Shown here piece by piece: positions 1 to 10,900 of a stretch of DNA of 64,000 bases (position 1 is its first letter; each line of letters starts with the position of its first letter). The notes under the pieces were generated by a model, which ran no database searches, was not told the origin of the DNA, and was given only the letters and a program-made list of their open reading frames with translations. The translations under genes were made by a program, and so were the position numbers. Origin of the DNA: Tubulanus polymorphus (Eukaryota > Animalia > Nemertea); the NCBI RefSeq assembly GCF_964204645.1, contig NC_134028.1:9796001-9860000 (forward strand). Direction: 5' to 3'.

Positions 1-565
1 GGAGAGTGAGAAAATTCTCGACCGAAGTTCTGCCAATGGTCGTTCAGTAGATGCAGAATTCAGTATTTGAGGGGAGAGGTCCTTCGCTTCCTGGTAGCAC
101 AAAAGGCATTCTTTCAGTCAGTTCCAGAAACATTAGATACTGAATCAGGGCTGGCGGAAGCATGCTAACAACAGAAAAATTAGCACCTATTTTTTTCAAG
201 GGGTTCACCAGAGAAATCTTTTCAAAATGGTTGCATTTGAAGGCTACGAGGCTATTGAGATCATAGTTTTACAGTATCATGATGCAGGATTCACTAGTAA
301 ATCACTTTATTTTTGAAAGTTGCAGATCATAATGTTTCAAATGCAGCTGTATCACAGATTTGTTTTCGAAATTGTTATCATCGGCAAAATTATTCCGATT
401 CCGCCGCCCCGGGGAATGAATTGAATCTAAGATTCCATATTTATTTTGGTCAGCCTCAATCGGAAAGCTGAAAGACTGAGACAGTTGAAAGACTTGGTTA
501 CACCGGCCACAGCAAACGGCACAGAAAGAGATATAACAAAATTGAAACAGTTGAAGTCATTGAAA

Positions 566-1835
566 AACTAGGGGTCCAGGGACACCATGCCCACTTGCAA
601 GTAGTTTCAAATGCTCAACAATCTAACAATTTCAATATTCAACGCCCCCATCCAATGACCTTGAAAAAATTCAATGACCTTGAAACTCACCACGATTGTA
701 GAACATGTGAGCAGCTACGATTTTGAAATTGATTGCGGTAACGAACTATGCCTAGTTACCAATATAATATGGAAATACTAAGTTATTCTAGTATTCAACG
801 CCCCCCTGGTGACCATATGCAAAGCCCAATGACCTCGAAACACACTTAATTCATAGAAAATGTTATCAGCTACAACTTTGCAATTGAACATGGTAACAAA
901 ACATGTCTAGGTACCAATATAATATAGAAATACTAAGCTATTCTACTTTTCCACGCTCCCTGGTGACTATAGGCCTACAGAATACTTAGTGACCTTAAAA
1001 CTCACCACAATCATTGAACATGTCATGAGCTACAACTTTTCAATTGATTGTGGTTACAAAATATGCATAGGTACAAATATAATATAGAAATACTAAGTTA
1101 TTGCATTGTTCAATGCCCCCTGGTGGCCATATACAAAAACTAATGACCTTGAAACTCGCCACAATCATAGAACACGTTATGAGCTACAACTTTCCAATTG
1201 ATTGTGGTAACAAAATATGCTTAGGTATCAATATAATGTGGAAATACTTTTTCCACCTACGAATGAGTACTGATGACTCCAAGATACCCGCCGATTGGGT
1301 CATAATTGGCTGATCAAAAATACCTGTTTCAGGTATAAAAGATCCCTTTTCAAAGAATATCCATCACAAATTGCAATGAAAAATGGCAAACCATTAGGAA
1401 GTTATAGGACTCAGAATTCAGGCCAAAATTGAAATTTTTGGGCACAAAATAGGTCACAGGTAGGCCATCTTGAGTCCGATCGACCCAATTTTTCTCACGC
1501 TGATGGGCCCTTGGGGAATACAAATATATCTGAAAGATCAAGGTTATTGATAAAAGCGTCTTCAAAATTTCCCTCGAAAACTTCAAAAATGTGTAAAAAG
1601 TGCTGAATTTGGCAAACAACAATGGCTGCCAGTTGGCCATCTTGAATCTGAGAGGGCCGGTTTTTGGGCTGACGATATATCTAGGGTATACATGTATAAA
1701 CCAAATATCAAGGCATTACCTTGAAGCGTCTTCAAAACTTCCCTAAATAACTGGATTCCGTCTCCGGACAGACGGACAACGAACGAAAAGTGAACGCAAT
1801 AGCCAGCCGGGACTTAAGTCCCAAGTGGGCTAAAA
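566..1835 (-). mobile_element. Non-autonomous Helentron/HINE-like element, copy 1, with ~155-bp internal tandem repeats
   Basis: Inverted copy of 9968-11150. The 5' end reads TTTTAGCCCACTTGGGAC..GTCCC followed by a GTCC-type simple repeat; the 3' end reads CAAGTGGGCATGGTGTCCCTGGACCCCTAGTT. Both ends sit in T-runs with no TSD. Confidence 0.8.
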
Positions 1836-2736
1836 ATTACCGACCTGCGACTTCGTCTAGTCATATAATTATCGCACTTAAAGGCAAATATAATATCAAA
1901 CTACGTATCAATATACGACAATCGAATATCGCAGTAATTCGTGAACAGTTTCAAATACCAACAGTCGATGAAGTCATTTGAAGGCTAAAATTGTCAAGTT
2001 CCTTGTCCTCAAAATTAAATCTGAAGTCATGTTGTCAATGGTTGTTATCAAAAAAGGAAAACTTTTCCTCCTTTCCTATATTTGCCATAGCCTGTAATTC
2101 ATAATAATGGTGACTTCTAATAGCCTAATTAAGAAGGCTTGAGTCAAGTGCCCGATACACTTACATTTGTATAGACACTTCACAATTGATGCCTGCACAA
2201 GACCACTAAATTTCCAGGAATCCAAGGTGCTGGAACTGATTTTGCTGTAATTCCAAGAAATCCTGGAATTCTTGAAGGTGTACAAGCCCCATTATTCTGA
2301 TTGAAGCAACTGTGTCCGAACGACTTAAAAGACGGGAGGAAAATGAGCAAGATCATTCCTAAGCTAAAGAAAACATTGCGTGATATTAAGTACGGTCTTA
2401 GGCTATTTTGATCCCGAATGCAAAACACAATTCTGCATAATCGGTGATGCTAGCCCACTGTACACAACCACCAGATGGCGTGCTATCAGCGTCGCCTCAG
2501 TCAGAAATACCTGAATGCATCTTCAGGATTGCTATGACTGATCAGCTGTCTCGAGTCTAGAGGGTACTAATCATTATATGAAAATAATAGGATTGTTTCC
2601 TTGACATATTTGAAAGAGGGGCAAATGTTGGATATAGTAAAATTCATTTGTGATCTTGGGTTATTCCATGGCGGATGCGAATGTTTATTTCAATGTGTAT
2701 TACAATTTTCAATTGACTAAATTACAACTAGGCCTA

Positions 2737-3233
2737 CTGTCCGTCACACCTGCTCTCCGTGCGACGTTTTGGTCTGTAATTTTGTTAATAATTGGTTTAT
2801 CTACCTGTGTTTTGCATCAATTTGTTGAATGAGGAATTTGCATTCAGAAATAAAAAACAATTTTGCTAAAGTTGTTATTGTTTTCATTTAGCAGCGACAG
2901 TTTACTTGGCATACGCTCGCGTAATGCTGAAAAATCTGCTCTGTGGACGATCAGAAGCGTTACAGTGACGTCATCACGTGCTCATTAGCATAACAAAATA
3001 TAGTAAGCGGCGCCACATGACGGGCCGCAAAAGCTTTTTTCAGCATTACGCAAGCGTATGCTAGGTAAACAATTGCCGATAGACGAACAAAAAACAATTT
3101 ATGCCAATTCATGATTTATTTCCGAATGCAAATATCTTACTGAACAAATTGATGCATAATATTCACAGATCAATTGATCATTAACGAAATTACGGACCAA
3201 AACGTCGCGAGGAGAGCAGGTGTGACAAGACAG
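2737..3233. mobile_element. ~500-bp MITE with long imperfect inverted arms, TA-flanked
   Basis: CTGTCCGTCACACCTGCTCTCC ... GGAGAGCAGGTGTGACAAGACAG; the arms pair for ~200 bp; TA on both sides. Confidence 0.8.
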
Positions 3234-3515
3234 TAAGGCCTCTCAAACTAAGTAGAAACACACATTAGTGGGTGATATCTAATTTTTTTCAGTATCAAAA
3301 CCCATATCCAAGTGTCTGTCATGTACTGTCAAACAACAAACAAACTGTAAACTGTGTCAGTGGGCGTATCGTACGTTGTATGTATGGATGGTGGACACAG
3401 AGGCTTGTCACAATTTGATGGAGGATGGATAATACCAGTATCCCTATATAAAAAAGAAACAGGAGCCAACCAAATCGACTACCTGTAAATTACTTTCCCA
3501 ATTCAATCGACTGAC

Positions 3516-3851
3516 ATTTCCAGAATTTTCAACCAATTGGCACGAAATAAACTCTTATACAAACTAAAAGACTTAAGCCTATGACTATCGCTCTACGATG
3601 AATATTTCATGACGAACTCTGTTGTGCGTCGTTTGATATATAGTTTATCGGGTTTAATGCCTGTAACGGATAAGATCTCACTTTGTTTGCCGTACTGGGT
3701 TACTTTTGGCCGATTTTCTGGTAGAAAACGGCGATTTCGTTGTGAAATATTCATCGTATAGCGATAGTCATAGGTTTAGGCTTATTAGAAAAAGTAAGTC
3801 TAGTTTGTATCAGAGTTTATTTCGTGCAAATCAGTTGAAAATTCGGGAAAT
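3516..3851. repeat. Imperfect inverted repeat (MITE-like)
   Basis: GCACGAAATAAACTC..CCTATGACTATCGCT..CGATGAATATTTCA is mirrored by TGAAATATTCATCG..AGCGATAGTCATAGG..GAGTTTATTTCGTGC. Confidence 0.7.
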
Positions 3852-4747
3852 GAATGTTTCTCCTAAATAGGGACCACGTCGCAAGATTATAATAAATAAT
3901 TTTTTCCAAGCCAAAATTCTGATAATTTGGGGCCGATTTCCTCGATTCAAACCGACGGGTCGGCCATGTTTCCGCACTAATTACCACCTAAAAACATCTG
4001 AATAAATATATCTCAATAAATGGAATTGAATTGACATAATTTCGTTTTTGGGTACATAACTTTTCTTCATCAGGACATCTTTAAATCAATAGCTAAGTAT
4101 GAAAATAATGCAATCATACGCGTTATTTTCAGAGATGGTTATGTTTGAAAACATGGTTTTTGCAAAGTTTCTATGTCATGACATTTCAGTGGAGGGTTAG
4201 CAACTTTGATTGACATCCAATATGGCGTTGTTGACGTCGCGAATCGGCGAATTTACACGCGATTTAGGGCCCAAAATAACAAAATTTTAACCTAGAAAAA
4301 GTAAGTTTTTTGGGTCAAAAGTTACTGATTTTGAATCTCTAGACCTCCCTGATAATAAATATGCTGAAATAAATTTTTGGGAGGGGGGTACGAAAGTGCA
4401 ATAGCGCCCAGATAGAGCGTCATAGTAATAAAGGCATAATTCGAACTTCTATCAGTCGAGTCGAGGGACAAGAAAGATTATAGAGAAGAACGACGAGGTT
4501 AACACAATTCACACAGACTATTTAGATGCACAATTAACCTAGGAAAATTGGACGATGCAAACTTCTATTAGCAGCGCAGTAATTACCACTAAACCCTCAC
4601 TAGTCTTACATTCGTAAATATTCTAGCACCAATCATCCGGTTTGACGCAGATTAATTATTCTGCGCTTTTCCTTGGAAATACTAATGTAATGGCTTCCTC
4701 CCATAGGTGAGGCATAAAATGCGTATACAGACCCGGAATCATGGACC

Positions 4748-5540
4748 AATTGAATTCAATTCAAAATTTATTGTATCCGTATAATGACAAAATTACATAG
4801 GACAGAAACGGCAATAAAATAGTGATACAAAGAGACAAAAGATAACATAACATAATAGGAGGGAGGAAAATTAGAGCTATTTACAAAGAACACCGCTCCC
4901 CGCCGGTCACTTTTTAAACTTGAAAATACAATCTACAATGCGCATATACATATTCTATACACTAGGTCAACATAACTGTTATTTCAAACGACGATGCCTA
5001 CTTCAACCCAGACTCAGGAGGATATCAGGAGGATATCGAGTGGCAGCCAAACCGATCGGGCAAGGCCACACGATGTACACCTAAGTCACGGTGAAGCAGA
5101 CATCAGAAAAGTTCATGGAGGCAATAAAGTTGCAAACCAGCTTACCCACTCATTCAGTGTTGTCATTTTGATTACATGACATGATGAATTTAAACTGGTC
5201 ATCATATGATAAACTCTGTAATATAGTGAAGTCAGAGATTTAGGGAAAAGGGAATGCCTTTTTGCCCAAGTTTCGAGCAATCTAGGAGGAAATGCGGCTC
5301 ATCCTCAATCGAACCATTTTTTGCAGAGGAGGCATACTCTATTTTCTATCTGGATATATTTGTTTGTCTTTTATGACGATCCGTTTCAATTCGTAACTTG
5401 TGATTCGTAACTTGGACCGGAAATCATGTTAGTTACCTTTGCTTGAGGTCCAAAAGAATAGAAATAGTTATGGAATCCTTCATGAGTACCGGCCGTAGCT
5501 TGTTATGATTATTAAATTCAATCCATCTTTGATAAACATG
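4748..5540 (-). mobile_element. Decayed 3' fragment of a non-LTR retrotransposon (LINE ORF2 C-terminus plus tail)
   Basis: Frameshifted minus-strand translation gives HKLRIETDRH...RVCLLC...IEDEPHFLLDC...SYDDQFKFIMSC, a CCHC-type C-terminal motif. An AATAAA plus (TTGAA)-like tail lies at ~4750-4773. Confidence 0.7.
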
Positions 5541-5689
5541 GTACCTAACTTAACCCTTGCTAGCCCATCGTTTGGAGGAAATTCAATCGACGGCGCACTA
5601 CAACTCGGCTGAGACCGGACCCCATCACTGACTCGGACGAGTGTTAGAGTCATCTGTCCTCTATACTACTCATTGATCGAGTGTTATAC

Positions 5690-5717
5690 CTTGGAGTAAT
5701 CAAATGATTACTCCAAG
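5690..5717. mobile_element. 28-bp palindromic micro-insertion with perfect 7-bp TSD
   Basis: GTTATAC-CTTGGAGTAATCA-AA-TGATTACTCCAAG-GTTATAC. Confidence 0.7.
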
Positions 5718-6158
5718 GTTATACAATCCCCTTGGTCAAAGATGATGCATGCAATAATGATTCTCAGCGTGTGGTACCAATAAAGCGTTCTGCCCGTTGC
5801 TACAATGATGAGCCTAGCAGGTAATACGTCGGCCTACCGGGCATTCTCCCAAAACCTTCACTTTCCAGACCATTTATCGCTAGATCTTAGTACTTAGACG
5901 TTGTTTCAGTATGTTCCCTGGCAATAGTTTTGGTTTTGAAGCGAACCATTTTTCATAGAATTTATGATGATTTGATGGGTCGGCTTTGAATTGAAATGAC
6001 TACCATGGCGTCTATATCTATTTAGTTATTTAACTATGGTCCGGAAAGAGCTGACCGGGGTATTAAGCACGGACCTAAAAGGTCGGACCTAAATCATCAA
6101 AATGGCCAACTCAATGCAATGTTTTTATATGCAACGGAAGCCCCTAGGTGACATACGA

Positions 6159-6490
6159 GATTAAGTCGAATTTCGAGTTAATTAAGTCGAATTTCGAGTT
6201 AATTAAGTCGAATTTCGAGTTTTATTTTCATGTCGAATTTCGCCTTATTAAGTCGAAATTCGACTTAATTAACACGAAATTCGACTTATTATGTCGAAAT
6301 TCGACTTATTAAGTCGAATTTCGAGATAATAAGTCGAATTTCGTGTTAATTAAGTCGAATTTCGAGTTTTATTTTCATGTCGAATTTCGACTTATTAAGT
6401 CGAAATTCGACTTAATTAACACGAAATTCGACTTATTATCTCGAAATTCGACTTATTATGTCGAAATTCGACTTAATAAATCGAAATTAT
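6159..6490. repeat. Minisatellite of ~17-21-bp AAGTCGAATTTCGAG units in alternating orientation
   Basis: TTAAGTCGAATTTCGAGTTAA repeats switch to their reverse complement (TCGAAATTCGACTT) and back. Confidence 0.9.
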
Positions 6491-7489
6491 GAAAAAAATT
6501 AATTGTGATTAATTCATAATAGATTACTATACGCAAATTCGAAATGGTCAGGCGCTGAGTTATATTTCTGACAGAATTGAAAATTACGTTTATAAGCTGT
6601 TGGTAGTCGAATCTGAGAGGAGTAACATTTTATGAAAAATGTTTGGCGTGAAAGTGGAAAATTTATAATAATAATAATCAACAGAATTACAAGAGGGTTT
6701 CTGCGAAAGCAGCAGAAACCCTAATAAAGGTAAATCCTCTCAAAAACGAGGGGTAGTGCATTTAGTACGTGATTCATGTACGTTCATCACACGTTTGAAA
6801 ATGTAGCCTAATTAAATTGATTGATACTGATCTACTCGCACTCAATGCCACGTGTAAGTAATGGTGGCTATCCATCAATACAAAATCAAGCACCGCATGA
6901 AGTGATTCAGGGAGAATTTTATTCTTCATTTTGTCATTCCACTACACCAGTTATTCTTTAGTTTATTTCAATGATTACACATTTTTTTAAATCGGAACGG
7001 ATAATTAACTTTTGGAGAAATTTGCGGAATGCAGTGCTCCCTAATGGTTGTCGGTGGGTGATTGAACACTAGAGCCTCATTGGAGGTTGCCTAAACACCT
7101 GGGGCCACGCGCAAGTTTTCCCATCAAATTACTAACGCTTGATTACCAACGAATCATGCAGTTCACTAATGTTTCCCAATCAGCAAACAACCATCAACGA
7201 AAAAACCATTAGGCTATGTTTTATATTTCGAAAAAAACTGTTTTTTAAATTCAACTAATCAATCATGTACTGCTTTTTATATATTTTTCAGAACATCGAA
7301 ATTGTCGTTAAATTTCAATCATTGCTACTGTGTGCATTTTGAAGAAAGATATGAATGGCCTAAAAAAATTTCTTTTTGAGATTTATTTTGAGATATGATT
7401 TTCTTTATTGATGAGCCGATGATAGCCACATGCTATCCTGCTCTGGTCTTCCTTCGGTAATATTTACATCTTATTTTAGGCGTAATCGG

Positions 7490-7727
7490 GTGCTCCCGAC
7501 ATGAAAACGATTGCACTCGGGTGCAGTGCTGATGCCGGCGTCCGGTAGGTCGTGTACGGTGCCGCGTGTCCTTTCCATGCGTCCGAAAATGGATTAGATG
7601 CAATGCCTCATAGTTTGATTGGCGAAGGTTAGATGCAATGACTCAAGAACTGATACGGTGGAGGTCGTGATATACGGGCTAATCAATTTTTTCGATTTAT
7701 ACATTTCGGGCAGGTCTATTTGAGAGA
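7490..7727 (+). promoter_or_regulatory. Probable SLC25A10 promoter/5'UTR
   Basis: Locally GC/CpG-rich stretch immediately upstream of the ATG, with an inverted CCAAT (GATTGG, ~7617). Confidence 0.4.
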
Positions 7728-7835
7728 ATGTCTTCGAATAGAAATTATACAGAGAAACGAGTTGGAAAATGGTATTTCGGAGGAGTAGCAAGCGCTATGG
7801 CGGCCTGCTGTACACATCCTTTAGATCTGCTCAAG
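7728..7835 (+). CDS. SLC25A10: SLC25A10 coding exon 1 (MSSNRNYTEKRVGKWYFGGVASAMAACCTHPLDLLK)
   Basis: ATG at 7728; GT donor at 7836; first carrier signature PLDLLK. Confidence 0.93.
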
Positions 7836-7921
7836 GTGACCTGTCCAGTAATCCTCCAATACAAATTCATTTTATTCAATGTCTTGTTTTATTGATTTAT
7901 CTGTTAGTGTTGTAAAAAAGT

Positions 7922-7972
<51 letters not shown>

Positions 7973-10900
7973 CACTTGTAACGCATTTTAGAAGATTTCA
8001 CGGGAAATTTTGGATCAATTATCTTCTATCAATTATCTTCCTCTTTTAGGCCTATATGCTGGTATCCCCCAGGGCCCAGAAATAAGCCTGAGAAAATTGG
8101 GTCGATTAGACACTTAAGATGTCCATCCCGTGAGCTTTTTTCCTGTAAAAATCATTTTTAGTCTGAATTCGGAGACCTCTCATGTCTGTGACGGTGTCTG
8201 TATGTAGGTCAGTGTGTCCATCTTATAAAGCTATTTAGCTTCATTGATAGTAGTCTGAATACCTGTCGTTGTTACCGGTTCCCTACATGTTTGTGGAACG
8301 ATGGCTAGGTACTGGACTACGTTGATGGTGGCTCGGTCTTGATGAAACTTTGGTACAATGTTAGTATGGGTCTAGTTGAGCATTACAAGGGATGGGCCCA
8401 GTGCACCACCAGCGGCAGAATTAGGCCCCAAAACTCTGTTCTTCAGTGACATACATCACCTTGAAAATGACCTCATAACTGAGGAATAGGGTCAAAATTC
8501 AAAAAGTTGTCTTGACAAAATTAAGCTATCGGCCCTAGATACTGAGAACTAATGCATGGTAATTTCAGATTTAAGTCTGAGCCCGAGAACCATTGTCACC
8601 AATATGGCTTGTTTCAATGAAATACGTGATGAGTATACTTTTTGAATGGATCTCTTACAAGAAGGGTTTTTCGACCAGTCAACTTTCAGGCAATTGTTGG
8701 CCATCTTAGTGTCATTAGATCTCAATTGTAGATAAAGATGTTTTATTATGAGAATATCAACAGTTTTTAAAGTCTTGATTATTTGACTGTTAGCACTGTC
8801 ATAGGATACACTTCATATGGAAATGGGATCACCAAATTTTTGTTTTCACCACCAAGGCGAGTTGAATATTGATATGTATATTTTGTTGCTGCAATGAATT
8901 TCAAAGCTGTAGCTCATGATATTTTCTATGATTGTGTTGAGATTCAAGGTCATTTGAAATGCAGAACTTAGGATAAGGCCAATGAATCTTACGAAATAAA
9001 TAATTGTGCAACAAAACAATGAGTAAAACGATTTAAATTGCTGACCCTTGTAGTCTTTTTTGCGTGTGTTCAGATACTCATAGAATTCTTCATTTCAGTG
9101 AATTTCACTTTTATTTTTACAGGTTCATTTACAAACCCAACAGAAAGCGGATATGGGTTTATTACAAATGGGTGTCAAAGTTGTCAGAAATGAAGGAATT
9201 TTAGGGCTTTACAATGGCTTATCTGCATCTGTACTAAGACAGGTAAACGATAGTTTGTATCCTCTGGCTCACAGCGTTCTAAAAGTTTTACCAATGTCTT
9301 TATAGTCCACTATTAGGGTAGAAGTTTTTTGCGAACATCACAATACACTTTTGGCTCTTTGCTATTTGGTTAACACATGTATTTTAGGCCATTTTGGTCT
9401 AAATTTTTACGCCCATAGCTTCTTTCAAGTTTGCTTACATACTATATATAAGTTGGGAACTCTCTAGGAAGGATGGGGATAAGGGGGCATTTCCTCCCCC
9501 AGAAATTTTGTAAAAGTGCCCTTTTTGCAAATATTGTTGTTATATCCTTTAGATCTGCCCTTTTGGGTTTTTCTGCCACCCTAAAATTCAAAGCCAGGTA
9601 GACCTATGGCCCTGTATTGCCATAAAGGCCTTTTTTTGGACTGTCGCATAATATTAGTGAAGTCCCTATTGTTGTCAACTCACTGATTTCCGACAATGAA
9701 TGTAAAGTACAGTGTTTTCAATAAGAAGTTAACAAGCCAGGTCCCTTTGAAAAACAGGAGGGTCCCATAATATGTCACAGCCCCTGAAACGAAAGCTTGT
9801 TTGAAGTAACAGGTGGGTCCTTTACAAACGACCGACGGGTCTGGGACCTGGCTCTTATTGAAAACACTGAAGTAACTTCTGAAATGTGAGAATTTTGACG
9901 ATATTCCACCAAAAGTGGTAGAAATTTCAATGCAGTGAAAGTCGCTTTTGGCGCCATTTAATTTCATTTTTAGCCCACTTGGGACTTTAGTCCCAGCGGG
10001 CTATTGCGTTCACTTTTCGTCCGTCGTCCGTCCATAGACGGAATCCAGTTATTTTGGGAAGTTTTGAAGACGCTTCAATGTAATATCTTGATATTTGGGT
10101 TACACATGTATCTACCCTAGACACATCTTCAGCCCAAAAACTGGCCCTGTCAGAATCAAGATGGCCGACTGGCAGCCATTGTTGTTCGCCAAAATCAACC
10201 CTTCTACACTTTTTGAACTTTTTGAGGGAAATTTTGAAGACGTTTGATCAATTACCTTGATCTTTCGGATGTATTTGTCAATGTCAATTTTGGCCCGAAT
10301 TCTGAGTCCTGTAGCTCCCTACTGGTTTGCCATTTCTCATTGCAATTTGTGATGGGTATTCTTTGAAAAGGGATGTTTTATACCTGAGACAGGTATTTTT
10401 GATCAGCCAATTATGACGCAATTGGCGGTCATCTTGATCTTGGTGTCATCAGTACTCATTCGTAGGTGAGAAAAAATTTTTCCACATTATATTGATACCT
10501 AAGCGTATTTTGTTACCACAATCCATTAGAAACTTGTAGCTCATAACGTGTTCTTTGATTGTGGTGAGTTTCAAGGTCATTGGTTTTTGTATATGGCCAC
10601 CAGGGGGCGTTGAATAATACAATATCTTAGTATTTCTTTATTATATTCGTATCAATGCATATTTTGCAACCACAATCAATTGCAAAGTTGTAGCTCATGA
10701 CATCATCTATGATTGTGGCAAGTTTTAAGGCCATTAGTTATTCTATATGGTCACCAGGGGGCATTGAATAGTAGAATAACTTAGTATTTCCTTATTATAT
10801 TGGTGCCTACGCATATTTTGTTAACATGATCAATTGCAAAGTTGTAGTTCATGACATGTTCTATGATTGTGGTGAGTTTCAAGGTCATTGGGTTTTGAAT

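Noticed and set aside
44-165. LPPALIQYLMF as a SOCS-box terminal exon
   Set aside because: No in-frame upstream exon with the BC-box half could be linked; kept only as part of a weak pseudogene hypothesis.
1101-1640. ORFs in the 154-bp repeat element (also 10935-11246)
   Set aside because: Chance ORFs in a non-coding HINE; the frames are not preserved between copies.
6159-6490. CRISPR-like short repeat array
   Set aside because: There are no unique spacers, the orientation flips, no cas genes are present and the context is eukaryotic.
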